A DNA stretch of 64,000 nt, from the IMG/VR virus record IMGVR_UViG_3300027804_000001, positions 96,001 to 160,000 of that record; one strand, 5' to 3'. Below are positions 43,365 through 53,396 of the stretch, piece after piece. The position numbers were made by a program, and so were the translations under genes. The notes under the pieces were generated by a model. The model made no database searches. It was not told the DNA's origin and saw nothing but the letters and a program-made list of their open reading frames with translations. Source of the DNA: a virus (taxonomy: Duplodnaviria; Caudoviricetes). Each line of letters begins with the position of its first letter. Position 1 is the first letter of the stretch.

Positions 43365-44429
43365 TTATTTACATTTTACATAATGTAGATATTCAAATGT
43401 TTCGATTACCTTGTGGTTTCGAGCATCATCTTTATCGGATTTATATCTTTGGTATTTCTTTGTGAAGATTCCATATTCACCCTTCTTACTCATGATGTCC
43501 TCAATTTCTTTTAAAGATAATAAACCCTCATTATTATAACTAAGAAAAATAAATTTACAATTACAATTTTGTATTAAATCGCTAAACGCATCTTTGACTT
43601 CACGTTTTTTCGAATACTTAGACGAAGTCTTTTGTTTTCTATTACCAGTTTTTCCTACAATTTCAGGATTATCATATTTAGCAATTGTTTCAAGTACATG
43701 GTAATTGTCTCCATATACCCTATTGTTATATGGCGGGTCTAAATACATTATATCACATTCAATTTCTTTAACTAATTGATTAGAATCTTTATTATAAACC
43801 ACATTTGATTTATCACTTAATATAGTTTCAATTGGTTCGATAGTAACTTTATCTAATGCACTCTTCTTAAAACTTTTTAAATAGGCACCATAAACAGATG
43901 TTGTATTTGCTTTCTTGTCTACCGATTCAATTATGCTTGATAATAAAAAGAAATATTCATTTTCATTAATTAAATTATTTGATTTCCACTCCTCAATTTT
44001 AATTCTTGACGTGTCACATATTTTAGCATTCTCATCTGAGAAATATAATCTAACATGTTGTTCATTGACGGTACCACCTGATGCGTAATTGTTATAAACA
44101 AATCCTTCTACAAGAGGTAAATTATTTAGGTAATCACAAACAATTTTTGATTTCTTCTCAATCTCACAATTGATAAGTTCTGGAATAATTTGATATAAAT
44201 TTTCAAATTCAAAAAGATTATTATTAACAATTAAATGTCTATTCAACACATAACTATAATATTGTAAATCGTTTGAAATTATTTGATATCCTAATTTTTT
44301 AAAATGTGCACCAACTATTCCCGTTCCTGAAAATAAATCACAAAAGATATATTCTTTATCACCAACCACACTTTTAATTGATGTTTCTAAAAAATCCAAT
44401 AACCTAAATTTACTACCAATATAATTCAT
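43365..44429 (-). CDS. N6-adenine DNA methyltransferase (D12 class, M.NlaIII/M.HpyI-like)
   Basis: MNYIGSK, FCDLFSGTGIV, NDLQYYSY, YLDPPYN. Confidence 0.85.
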   Translation of the reverse strand: MNYIGSKFRLLDFLETSIKSVVGDKEYIFCDLFSGTGIVGAHFKKLGYQIISNDLQYYSYVLNRHLIVNNNLFEFENLYQIIPELINCEIEKKSKIVCDYLNNLPLVEGFVYNNYASGGTVNEQHVRLYFSDENAKICDTSRIKIEEWKSNNLINENEYFFLLSSIIESVDKKANTTSVYGAYLKSFKKSALDKVTIEPIETILSDKSNVVYNKDSNQLVKEIECDIMYLDPPYNNRVYGDNYHVLETIAKYDNPEIVGKTGNRKQKTSSKYSKKREVKDAFSDLIQNCNCKFIFLSYNNEGLLSLKEIEDIMSKKGEYGIFTKKYQRYKSDKDDARNHKVIETFEYLHYVKCK

Positions 44430-44430
44430 A

Positions 44431-45282
44431 TCATATAAAAACGACTAATGATTCTGTCGTAAAATTTTCTTTCTTACCATTTATAATGTAGTCGAAATCA
44501 ATCTTATGTGTTTCACCAAAATTTAAATCTCTACAATCTTTTTCTATTGCCGTTATGCTTTTAATTTTATTTTCCAATTCAACTATAAAAATTCTTGGAC
44601 TACTATCAAATCTATTTTCATTTTGGTTTTCATATAAATACCTTGCAACTGTTTGTGGATTATTTAATGCATCTCTCATCCATTGATTCCCAAAATCTAT
44701 TTTGAAATTATCCGTTACACTACTTGCATTTTTTAAATCAAAATTTTTACCATTATAAAAGAAATCAACACTCTTATTATTTGATAGTGTAGGTAGTATT
44801 TCTTCATGGTGTTTAATGAGATAATATTCATATAAAAACGACCTAAAAATTGTATGTGATTTAATAATATAATTTTTTTTAATATCTATCAAATGTTCAT
44901 CAAGACCAACTAAAAAATCATCGTTTTTTCTAATTGTTGATGTGAGTTTACTATCATATGCCATCACGTTAAAGGCCCAACTTTTTTGTCCGTTAAATTC
45001 TTCTTCTATTATTTTTTTGGTTTCTTCGTAATTTTTAATATTCTTTTTTAATTCAGATAAACTATATTTTTTTTGTTTGGCAATATGTCTAGTAAAAAAT
45101 TTAACATCCTCATAATTCCAACGATTAAAAATTTCGTTATATAAAAATTCGGGTGTTTGAATCTTAAGATTAGAATGTGTTAAATTGGTATAACTTAACA
45201 GATATTCAATTGCATTATCCTTATTACCAAATATTTTTTTTACATTCTCAATAGATATGTTGTCTCTAATATCATTTATCAT
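44431..45282 (-). CDS. putative restriction endonuclease (PD-(D/E)xK-like)
   Basis: Directly upstream of the MTase; VDFF...FDLK. Confidence 0.5.
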   Translation of the reverse strand: MINDIRDNISIENVKKIFGNKDNAIEYLLSYTNLTHSNLKIQTPEFLYNEIFNRWNYEDVKFFTRHIAKQKKYSLSELKKNIKNYEETKKIIEEEFNGQKSWAFNVMAYDSKLTSTIRKNDDFLVGLDEHLIDIKKNYIIKSHTIFRSFLYEYYLIKHHEEILPTLSNNKSVDFFYNGKNFDLKNASSVTDNFKIDFGNQWMRDALNNPQTVARYLYENQNENRFDSSPRIFIVELENKIKSITAIEKDCRDLNFGETHKIDFDYIINGKKENFTTESLVVFI

Positions 45283-45393
45283 TATTAATAATATAATAAA
45301 AATATTTCAAAAAAAAAATCCCCACATTTCTGTGGGGATATACTTTAACCCGATTCAGGTCAGTCCACAAAACTTATTGTGGAAAGGTACTAC

Positions 45394-46659
45394 TTATTTT
45401 TTCATGTCTTTTATGACATCTTTAATCATTTGGTCAAACATACCTTCATTCATTCTTCTTCTACCACCATCTAATTCAGATCTTGTTGGTGCGGCTTTTC
45501 TAAGTACTGTTTCAGGACTTATACCTTCCATTTTAGTTTTAAATTCGTTGATTGCTTGAACCAATCCTTGAACAATCTGTGGATTATCCATAATTGTATT
45601 TTCGGGTGTAAATTGTGTACCTGGTTCAAGTTGAACATTTTTAATTACACCAACTTGTTTACCATCAACCAATGAACCTGGATTATATTCTACAGGTTCC
45701 AATCTACCATCAACACGAGATGATTCAGGTTTTCTTCTTGCGAATTTGTTTACTAAAACAATTGTCCAAGTAAATGAATTATCACCAATTTTTTCTCCTT
45801 GAACTTGTAAAGTCATCTCCATAAACACCTCATTCTCTCTACCCTCTACGTGACCGTATTTACGTAATCTATAAACATCTGTTACACCATAATCTTGTGT
45901 ACTTCCTTTCTTTTCTTCTGCATCCCAATTTGCATAATTTTGATTGAATTGTCTGGCTAAGTGCTGTGTATCCATCTCAGGAGTTTCTTCGCCGAAAATT
46001 CTATCAGCAACCATTTGGTTAAACTCTTCATTTGATTTATAAACATTATAACTTAATGTTGTAAATTTAACCATTTCATTATTCCATCGGTCGGTGTGTC
46101 TGTCAAAATATTTTCTATTATCAAGAGCAACAGCTGGTACACTTCTTTGATTCAATATTTTATTAAAATCTTCAGTGAATTCACTTCTTAAAACTTTTAA
46201 AAGTTTAGTTTTAATTTTAGTTGACCCCTCCAATTTTTGACCAGTTGCAACATCTTTGGATGTTTGTTTAACTGTACTAATTGGTTCTCCTTCTTCACCT
46301 GGTAATGGTTTACCAACTCTTACATCTCTGTGTGGTCTATCTGATGGACATTTTGTATCTGACCATCTAAATGAACCATAATCTTGTTTTAATTTTTCAA
46401 CAACATCGGGATGTTCTTCCATGAACTTTTGAATGTCACAAGTGAAAACTATTTGTACCCTTTCTGAATCAGGATCCTCGTTAAATGGGTCAACCATCAT
46501 ATCATATCCGATTAATTGACCGTCATTATCATATAGTTTACTTGATGCAACTTTTTTACCCGGTTGTTTCTTTGACCAATATCGAGCCATTTCGTCAATA
46601 TCAGCGATATAGTTGTTCTCTGATAACAGGGAAAGAAGTTTTTCTTTAGATATCTCCAT
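45394..46659 (-). CDS. large hypothetical protein, probably late/virion
   Basis: Start reassigned to MEISKEK after TATTTATATAAATA. Confidence 0.75.
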   Translation of the reverse strand: MEISKEKLLSLLSENNYIADIDEMARYWSKKQPGKKVASSKLYDNDGQLIGYDMMVDPFNEDPDSERVQIVFTCDIQKFMEEHPDVVEKLKQDYGSFRWSDTKCPSDRPHRDVRVGKPLPGEEGEPISTVKQTSKDVATGQKLEGSTKIKTKLLKVLRSEFTEDFNKILNQRSVPAVALDNRKYFDRHTDRWNNEMVKFTTLSYNVYKSNEEFNQMVADRIFGEETPEMDTQHLARQFNQNYANWDAEEKKGSTQDYGVTDVYRLRKYGHVEGRENEVFMEMTLQVQGEKIGDNSFTWTIVLVNKFARRKPESSRVDGRLEPVEYNPGSLVDGKQVGVIKNVQLEPGTQFTPENTIMDNPQIVQGLVQAINEFKTKMEGISPETVLRKAAPTRSELDGGRRRMNEGMFDQMIKDVIKDMKK

Positions 46660-46687
46660 TATAATACGTATTTTATTTATATAAATA

Positions 46688-47149
46688 CTAGGAAAACCAA
46701 AGAGGCACCTTCCTATTTTTCCAATTGCAAAAATCTTTCTTTGCTCCAATATAATAATTCCTATATGACTGGGTCACATCTTCCACTTTAAAGACATCTG
46801 GCATAGCTTTAGGTGGGTTTTGAAAGGGTATATCGGGTATGTTTGGTTTATTTATCACACACCACTCTATTATTTGTTGGGACTTATGTTTTTTACCGTA
46901 TCTATATGAATATTCTTTACATAGTTCTAAACCTAACTCACACAACCAAAGATAATTTTCTAATGAAGTCCTAACCCAAATAGAACAAGGATGGTTCTTA
47001 TGAGATAATTTGTAAGGTGCTTCTCCACCTGTAACCCAATGAGACCCACACAAAAGTTGTGCGGTTTCTAATATCATTTTGACAACATGTTTATCATTAT
47101 GATATTGTGCACATTTTGTTGGGTCACTATCTAAGAAGAATATGTTCAA
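46688..47149 (-). CDS. pyrimidine-dimer DNA glycosylase (T4 endonuclease V family)-like
   Basis: MNIF.LD..P..CA..H.DKHVVKMILE.AQLL, HKNHPC. Confidence 0.8.
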   Translation of the reverse strand: MNIFFLDSDPTKCAQYHNDKHVVKMILETAQLLCGSHWVTGGEAPYKLSHKNHPCSIWVRTSLENYLWLCELGLELCKEYSYRYGKKHKSQQIIEWCVINKPNIPDIPFQNPPKAMPDVFKVEDVTQSYRNYYIGAKKDFCNWKNRKVPLWFS

Positions 47150-47511
47150 TTTAATTCTTTTTTTAGTTCACATTCTAAATGATTAGTTCCAATTAAATAA
47201 TCATATTCTATTTCTGATGTATCTTTACCACAAATTTTACAAACCCATTGGTTTTCAACTGGTGGTTCTTTATCTTCATATTCTCTCCAATAATGTTGTC
47301 TAACTTTCTCTCCGAGTTCGGCATCATTTGGATATTGTTTAACCCAATATTTGGGTATTGTTATTTGTTCTCTACCTGAAGAACTTCCTTTTAAATAACA
47401 TTCGGTACATAACTGTCCTGCACCTTCTATGTATCCAATTCTAAAATCAATGTGTGTTGATACATCCACTGTGGTTTCTTTTCCACAGATAATACAAGTT
47501 TCATTTGGCAT
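47146..47511 (-). CDS. zinc-finger hypothetical protein
   Basis: CIICG, CTEC, CKICG. Confidence 0.75.
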   Translation of the reverse strand: MPNETCIICGKETTVDVSTHIDFRIGYIEGAGQLCTECYLKGSSSGREQITIPKYWVKQYPNDAELGEKVRQHYWREYEDKEPPVENQWVCKICGKDTSEIEYDYLIGTNHLECELKKELN

Positions 47512-47574
47512 AGTGGTTAATTTTATACCAAAATATAAAAAATATTATAAAAAAACAAATAATATTAATATAAA

Positions 47575-48906
47575 TTATGCCAAATCTTTAATTTTAGGTG
47601 ATGCACCTGAATTATAAGAATTAACCACTTTAGCAACAAGGTCACCGGTTCCCCAAGTTTTTAAAGATTCACATTTAGCGATGTTTGCTGCCCCAATATC
47701 ATTTTTTAAACCGTCAACAATACAATTGTATCTACCGTTTTTAAGTGTCTTGATTGTTGCAACCATACCATCTTGTAAAGTTTGATAATTTTTAACTCCT
47801 ACACTATTAAAGTCTGTGGCATTTGGCATTTTGTATGTTGTGTTGAAAGGATTGAATTTACCAGCTTTACCTTCTGATTGTCTCCAAGCATATAAGAATT
47901 TTAAATTCTCTTCTGAAACAGGTGCACCTAAGTTTTCTAATAACTTCGCATAAAAATTTTGGTCTGCTAATCCTTCTAAATTAACAACATCAATATGTTT
48001 TTTCAAATCTTCAGAAGTTACACCTTTCTCTTTAAGTAATTCAATTAATTTCTTTAACATTTCAGGAGACGCTTTAACCATTGGTCCACCACTAGCCCCA
48101 CCTGTTGCATTTGTCATTCCGGTGGCCAAATCACTTAGATTGCCCGAAGATACCCCAACATGAACATGAGGTGGAATACCACCAGCTTGCATTATTCTAC
48201 CTATTACATCACCTTCCTTAACTGAATCGCCTTTATTTAAAGAAGATTCAATATGAGTATAGAAAACATCAGGTTTCCCGTCTGTACTCTTAATAGAAAC
48301 TTGGTCACCATATATTTTTTTAACTCCACTCTTAATTACACCACCACTACTATCTTTCTTTATTTTATCTACAACACCATTTGTTATAGAATAAACTTCA
48401 GTTCCAACAGGACCTGAAATATCCCATGCATTTCTACTTGGCCAATCTGATGCACTATGTGTACCTTGACCCGGTCTACCTATAATTCCCCCACCACTTG
48501 ATACCAACTTAACATCTTCGTTTAATTTGGTTTTATCTTCAAGTTTCTCTGAAGTAAATTTCTGAACGGCGGCGGCAGTTTCAGGACCAAATAATCCATC
48601 TACACCATATTTTGGTAATTCATATCCTAAAAGAATTAAACCTATTTGCATAGACTCGGCTCCTTTTTGAAAGGACATAGATCCCTTTTCTTGTTGGGAA
48701 AGACCTCCCGAGTTTGCTGAATCCTCTAAAGTTTTGAAAAATTGGTCAACATCATCGGATACCAAATCGGCTTTCTTAGGGTCGTCAGTCTTTTTGATAC
48801 CAACCTTTTGTAATAATTTATTGAGAAACCCCTCTTCATTAATAACCTCTTTACGATAGGTTATACTATGTATTCTTTCTAATTCTTCTGATAATGTCCT
48901 TTTCAT
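47575..48906 (-). CDS. modular cell-wall hydrolase: PG-binding + M23 peptidase + lysozyme-like C-terminus
   Basis: VDGLFGPET; H...WD, YTH, PHVH; AWRQSEG..FNPFNT. Confidence 0.75.
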   Translation of the reverse strand: MKRTLSEELERIHSITYRKEVINEEGFLNKLLQKVGIKKTDDPKKADLVSDDVDQFFKTLEDSANSGGLSQQEKGSMSFQKGAESMQIGLILLGYELPKYGVDGLFGPETAAAVQKFTSEKLEDKTKLNEDVKLVSSGGGIIGRPGQGTHSASDWPSRNAWDISGPVGTEVYSITNGVVDKIKKDSSGGVIKSGVKKIYGDQVSIKSTDGKPDVFYTHIESSLNKGDSVKEGDVIGRIMQAGGIPPHVHVGVSSGNLSDLATGMTNATGGASGGPMVKASPEMLKKLIELLKEKGVTSEDLKKHIDVVNLEGLADQNFYAKLLENLGAPVSEENLKFLYAWRQSEGKAGKFNPFNTTYKMPNATDFNSVGVKNYQTLQDGMVATIKTLKNGRYNCIVDGLKNDIGAANIAKCESLKTWGTGDLVAKVVNSYNSGASPKIKDLA

Positions 48907-48921
48907 ATTTTAATAAATATT

Positions 48922-49323
48922 TCAAATCTCGACTTTTATCCATTTTTGTGTGGAGTCTAATTTAAAAGAACCAATATATTTTTGTTTCCATTGATTTGGG
49001 TGAATTAATGATAGAAACATTGTTTCATCCTCCCTTATATATAAATGGTAAATCTCGTTCATAACAGGAATAAAAGAATAAGATGATGTATATACAAGAT
49101 CATTCCAATTAACTTCATCAATAAGTTTACGAAACTCTTCTTTAAGTTCCTCATATTTGGTTTTAAACTGTTTATTTGCAACATTGGCTTGCATTTGTTT
49201 CCAACCACCGACATCTTCCATTTTAATTGCGGGCGCACCCACATTACTACCATAAGTTAACTCCTTTGAGTAGTATCCTTTTTCTTCGTCCCAAACAACT
49301 AAATCTGGTTTCTTTTTTTTCAT
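48922..49323 (-). CDS. DUF2452-like protein
   Basis: YGSNVGAPAI...F.P....YHLY...FLS.I.P..W...GSF. Confidence 0.65.
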   Translation of the reverse strand: MKKKKPDLVVWDEEKGYYSKELTYGSNVGAPAIKMEDVGGWKQMQANVANKQFKTKYEELKEEFRKLIDEVNWNDLVYTSSYSFIPVMNEIYHLYIREDETMFLSLIHPNQWKQKYIGSFKLDSTQKWIKVEI

Positions 49324-49326
49324 TAT

Positions 49327-49500
49327 TTATTTTTTCTCATCCTCCCAAGGTGTGGTTTCTTCTCCCCAATTCAAAAAATCCTCCCCTTTATAATCTGGAT
49401 GGTTTTTGTGCATATAATCAATGCCTCTAACCCAAAAGAATGAAATAATTCCAGCAAATAAAAAGCTGATACCAATTGCAATTAAGTAACTTGTCATCAT
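49327..49500 (-). CDS. small membrane protein, 57 aa (not in track)
   Basis: ATGA overlap; one TM helix. Confidence 0.6.
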   Translation of the reverse strand: MMTSYLIAIGISFLFAGIISFFWVRGIDYMHKNHPDYKGEDFLNWGEETTPWEDEKK

Positions 49501-50078
49501 TTTAGTAAGTTTAATATTTTTTCTTTAATTCCTGTTTGTTTAATTCCTTCAGTACTCTTAGGTGTTAACACAAAGTTAGTTAATCCCCATTCCATTTCCA
49601 TTTCACCCCACGTTTCATGTGTTTGTGGAATACCCATATTAAGGTCATCCACCGAAACCCAATTGGTTATTTGTGGATTATCTTTAAGATATTGTTTAAT
49701 CTCCAGTGAACGAGATTGTTCTAAATCATATTGTCTAGACCAAGGAAAGTTTTGAGGGACTTCACACTCACCTAAATTCTTAGTAAACCCTATGGGTTTC
49801 TTTTTGATACCCTGTGACTCATAATATTCACCCATCTCCTCAACAGTTGCCCATCTTTTCCAATCAGATGAGACAACAATATCAGCGTTAGTTTTTTCCA
49901 ATATCTCATTTAATATAACAACAGCCTTCTTATTAAAATTATCGAACCTACATTCAACTGGTAGTGAAGCAATAGACTGCGACAATTTTCTACCTATCTT
50001 TCTTTGTTTTTTATGTCTACCACCCCATTCAGTTGATAAACAAATCACACCATCGTGATCAAGAAATATTACTTTCAT
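49497..50078 (-). CDS. HAD domain protein (Swiss-Army-Knife RNA-repair type)
   Basis: FLDHDGV, VVSSDWK, VDD. Confidence 0.75.
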   Translation of the reverse strand: MKVIFLDHDGVICLSTEWGGRHKKQRKIGRKLSQSIASLPVECRFDNFNKKAVVILNEILEKTNADIVVSSDWKRWATVEEMGEYYESQGIKKKPIGFTKNLGECEVPQNFPWSRQYDLEQSRSLEIKQYLKDNPQITNWVSVDDLNMGIPQTHETWGEMEMEWGLTNFVLTPKSTEGIKQTGIKEKILNLLK

Positions 50079-50403
50079 CTTTTCTTCTTTTAACTATCAA
50101 TCTAATAGTATTAAAAATTCCTAAGAACATAAAGATTTGTATGGGCCAAAATGGTAAATTTTGTAGTTCGTGTAACATCCAAAAGATGTTCATAAAAACC
50201 CACGAAAACAATGTTATGTTTGCATCTCTATTTTCTTTTTCAGTTAAAAGAATATAAATCGTTAAAATAGATGTTGGGATTATCATAAATGTTGCCATCC
50301 ATGTAAACTTTAAACACCAGAATATATCTTTTAATAACCACGAAGTTATATGTATTTCTTGAATATTCCTAATTTTTTTAAGAATTTTCATCGATATATT
50401 CAT
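50059..50403 (-). CDS. membrane protein
   Basis: Several TM segments. Confidence 0.7.
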   Translation of the reverse strand: MNISMKILKKIRNIQEIHITSWLLKDIFWCLKFTWMATFMIIPTSILTIYILLTEKENRDANITLFSWVFMNIFWMLHELQNLPFWPIQIFMFLGIFNTIRLIVKRRKDESNIS

Positions 50404-50803
50404 GTTGTGGGCTCCAAAACCCCTCTGAAATTATTTTAGGTGATTCGTTTCTATCTATCATTACCCATTCATATTTCACGATTCCCCAAGGTTCAAACTG
50501 TTCTAATACATCTTCTAAAGTAAAACACTTACAACTATAGATATCAAATTGAGCCATTGCTGGACTTAAATGGTCCCAAATGTGTATTGATGAGTGGGAA
50601 GTTGCTAATGTTACTGTACCTGTTAATCCCTCATTACCTGGATAATCCACGTAGACACTCGTCGGTCCACCAACCACTTCCATTTTAACTTTATGAACTA
50701 AATCAACAAACCATTTGTTGAGAACCTCCACCTCTTTCGGTGGGTTTGTAATCCAAATCTTCATCAAAAGATGTTGGTGATACGGTACGAATTCTTCTTG
50801 CAT
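50378..50803 (-). CDS. speD: S-adenosylmethionine decarboxylase
   Basis: GLTG...LATSHSSIHIW, FDIYSC. Confidence 0.75.
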   Translation of the reverse strand: MQEEFVPYHQHLLMKIWITNPPKEVEVLNKWFVDLVHKVKMEVVGGPTSVYVDYPGNEGLTGTVTLATSHSSIHIWDHLSPAMAQFDIYSCKCFTLEDVLEQFEPWGIVKYEWVMIDRNESPKIISEGFWSPQHEYIDENS

Positions 50804-50861
50804 TAATATGTTTTTACTATAACATATATATCACAAAAATTGTATTTTTCTACGTTAGATT

Positions 50862-51275
50862 TTATTTAATTAACCAAGATGAAGATTGTATTTTATCTCC
50901 CAAACCGTCAATTAATTTTATACCTAACCAATCACATACTTGTCTCTCGGGAATTGTATCGTTTACTTGGTCACCACCATTTGCAAAGAATAGTTCGTCC
51001 GATGGGTCCTCCAAAGAATGAATCATACCAATTGTTTGACAAACAGTTCTATCCGTATCAATAGATAAAAATACTCGGTCAACCATTTTTAGATTTTGAA
51101 TTATGAAAATTCTCTCATTTTCATCTTGGAACTCTTTACTACCCTTTAATTCCCTCTGTTTGTCATTATTAACAATCACGTATAGTTTGTCACCGTACTC
51201 CTTGGACTTATTGAAATACTCGATGTGCCCCTTATGAAGAGGGTTAAAATATCCACTTACAATAACAATTTTCAT
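50862..51275 (-). CDS. cytidylyltransferase (TagD/RfaE-II-like)
   Basis: GYFNPLHKGH, GGD, SSSW. Confidence 0.85.
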   Translation of the reverse strand: MKIVIVSGYFNPLHKGHIEYFNKSKEYGDKLYVIVNNDKQRELKGSKEFQDENERIFIIQNLKMVDRVFLSIDTDRTVCQTIGMIHSLEDPSDELFFANGGDQVNDTIPERQVCDWLGIKLIDGLGDKIQSSSWLIK

Positions 51276-51952
51276 TTATTAAACTTTTTAAAGTTCTTGA
51301 TAAATTCTTTTTCGTACTTCTTAAGTTCCTTAGTATCTAACCCATTATATAAACCAGTTGACATAAAGGCCTGAATCTCATCATCAATAATTTTTTTGTC
51401 ATCTATATATCCCATCTTAACAATCTTACTTCTTAATTTTTCGTAATGATTTGGTTTTATTTGTGAAGTAATAATTTTACAGTTGGTTTGATATTCTTTA
51501 TTGGTGTAATATAAACCGTGTGCAATTTCATGATTCATTGTACTAGATTTAAAACTATCTGCACCAATCAAATACCATTTTGTTCTGGGTTTATCAAATC
51601 GAAGTGGATAATTTTCACAACTATAATATATGTCATTCATTATCTCATCGTATGGTCCTTTATCTTTACTAAAAACACCTAAACCTTTATATACAATGTT
51701 TGATGGGATATTGAACCCACTCCAATCTTCAGGATATGTGAACGTTCTTTTCTTCCATTTATTTTTGTATGTTAACATGTATTTTTCCCAAGTAAAGAAT
51801 TTACCTCTAATATCTTTAAATGGTGATTCATAAAATTCTTGGTATCTACAAAACAACATTGTTCTTTGATAGTTGTCTTTTATTGATACCGCAAATATTT
51901 GTGGTTTTATTTGTTTGAGTTCCCCAACAACATAATCATTCTTAATTTTCAT
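51272..51952 (-). CDS. hypothetical protein with HEXXH motif
   Basis: HEIAHG...DEIQA. Confidence 0.7.
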   Translation of the reverse strand: MKIKNDYVVGELKQIKPQIFAVSIKDNYQRTMLFCRYQEFYESPFKDIRGKFFTWEKYMLTYKNKWKKRTFTYPEDWSGFNIPSNIVYKGLGVFSKDKGPYDEIMNDIYYSCENYPLRFDKPRTKWYLIGADSFKSSTMNHEIAHGLYYTNKEYQTNCKIITSQIKPNHYEKLRSKIVKMGYIDDKKIIDDEIQAFMSTGLYNGLDTKELKKYEKEFIKNFKKFNK

Positions 51953-52164
51953 ATATTTCTATTTTTATAGAACCAATAAAGGTGTATTAATAGAACCAAA
52001 GAATTAACACCAATCAATGGTAAATCATTTTTTATTATTCCATATACTAACCATAATGTTGTTCCCATTACATTTATTAATCTAAGTAAGAACATATCTT
52101 CCTTTATTGTGAAAGATATTAGAATCAATATTGTGGCTAACCAACCAATTAAATTAGTAATCAC
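51949..52164 (-). CDS. small inner-membrane protein (YgjV/PQ-loop-like)
   Basis: Three TM helices. Confidence 0.65.
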   Translation of the reverse strand: MITNLIGWLATILILISFTIKEDMFLLRLINVMGTTLWLVYGIIKNDLPLIGVNSLVLLIHLYWFYKNRNI

Positions 52165-52778
52165 TTAATACAACTTTTTAATATCTCCTGACAAAGCTCA
52201 TCAGGTATTTTACTTCTTTCATATGCATTTGATCTTCCTTGTGTTCCTGTTCTACTACCTCTTGGTGCGGCAACATGACAAGGGTCTCCATTCTTACACA
52301 TTGGTCTTGGTGTCCAAACATTACTATTGGTCCATATGTCCGTTGGTTTCATTCTTTCGTCACCATATTGACAATATGTGACAGTATTTCTTTTCAATCC
52401 TTGTACAACTGGTAGTTTACGAAGTACTCCTCTTGGGTTCTCCATAAACCAATACGTTGGTTGAAAATGATTAATTATTTCTAATGTTTTTTTAACTAAC
52501 TCCAAACCCAATCTTGCACCATCTGTCTTAGGAATATATGCACCTTTTCCACCAGTCCAATGATGTCCAATTGATGCAACACTAAAACTTGTACATGGTG
52601 GAGAAGCCCAAATAATATCTGGTTGGAATGGTACTTTAGTTACATCGAAATCAAGGATACTAACAGCATAATCTATCCCTTCAAATTCAATTAAATCTGA
52701 TGAAAAAACATTCATACCTAATTTCTCGGCTTGTTTACCAATTGATTTACTACCAGCAAATAATTCTAATACATTCAT
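52161..52778 (-). CDS. short C5-cytosine methyltransferase-like protein
   Basis: LELFAG, SPPC, MENP, KPT. Confidence 0.75.
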   Translation of the reverse strand: MNVLELFAGSKSIGKQAEKLGMNVFSSDLIEFEGIDYAVSILDFDVTKVPFQPDIIWASPPCTSFSVASIGHHWTGGKGAYIPKTDGARLGLELVKKTLEIINHFQPTYWFMENPRGVLRKLPVVQGLKRNTVTYCQYGDERMKPTDIWTNSNVWTPRPMCKNGDPCHVAAPRGSRTGTQGRSNAYERSKIPDELCQEILKSCIK

Positions 52779-53059
52779 TATCTTAAGTGCTCAAATTTCT
52801 TTGCTAATTTATTGATGAACTCCTCTTCTTCAAGAGTTAATAAATCTCTACATTTTGATAGTTTATCTAAACTTCCCCAAAATATCTGGTCGTTGATATT
52901 TGGTCTACGAACTCCTTTATTATCATTCTTAGTTTCTTGGTCTGGTTGAATGTAACCATCCTCAATTAGAATTTCAACCAATCTGTCTTTTTCTCTCTTA
53001 CTACAAGAGTCAACAAATTCACTTGGGTCGATGTCTACTTCTGCTGTAAATTCAGGCAT
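52778..53059 (-). CDS. hypothetical protein
   Basis: 93-aa ORF. Confidence 0.75.
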   Translation of the reverse strand: MPEFTAEVDIDPSEFVDSCSKREKDRLVEILIEDGYIQPDQETKNDNKGVRRPNINDQIFWGSLDKLSKCRDLLTLEEEEFINKLAKKFEHLR

Positions 53060-53063
53060 AACT

Positions 53064-53396
53064 TTAAATTAAATTTTTTATGATTATTGTTAATGATATG
53101 ATTAACCAAATTGTATTGAACACAATTAATGTGGGTAAAGATTTTTTCATACTTGCCCAAATCAACAACGATGATGTTGTAAGTGTAAGAAAATGAAAGT
53201 ACCATAATTCTATTCCAAATATTAAACCCGGAACAATGATGATAGCCTTAGCCATCCAGGCCGAAAATTCAATGATATTATAATCAGTCCAATAGGTTTT
53301 ATCGGAGAACATCTTAATCCTATTCCATATCTTTTTGAAACCTATGAAATAGAATAATGTTGTTATGAAAATCAAATATGTTAAAAAATAAACCAT
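53064..53396 (-). CDS. membrane protein
   Basis: Four hydrophobic segments. Confidence 0.7.
   Translation of the reverse strand: MVYFLTYLIFITTLFYFIGFKKIWNRIKMFSDKTYWTDYNIIEFSAWMAKAIIIVPGLIFGIELWYFHFLTLTTSSLLIWASMKKSLPTLIVFNTIWLIISLTIIIKNLI

Noticed and set aside
45310-45343. Repeat of the hairpin at 41645-41673 as a mobile-element end
   Set aside because: Both are positioned as ordinary minus-strand terminators, similarity is limited to the stem, and they do not precisely bracket the R-M-like pair.
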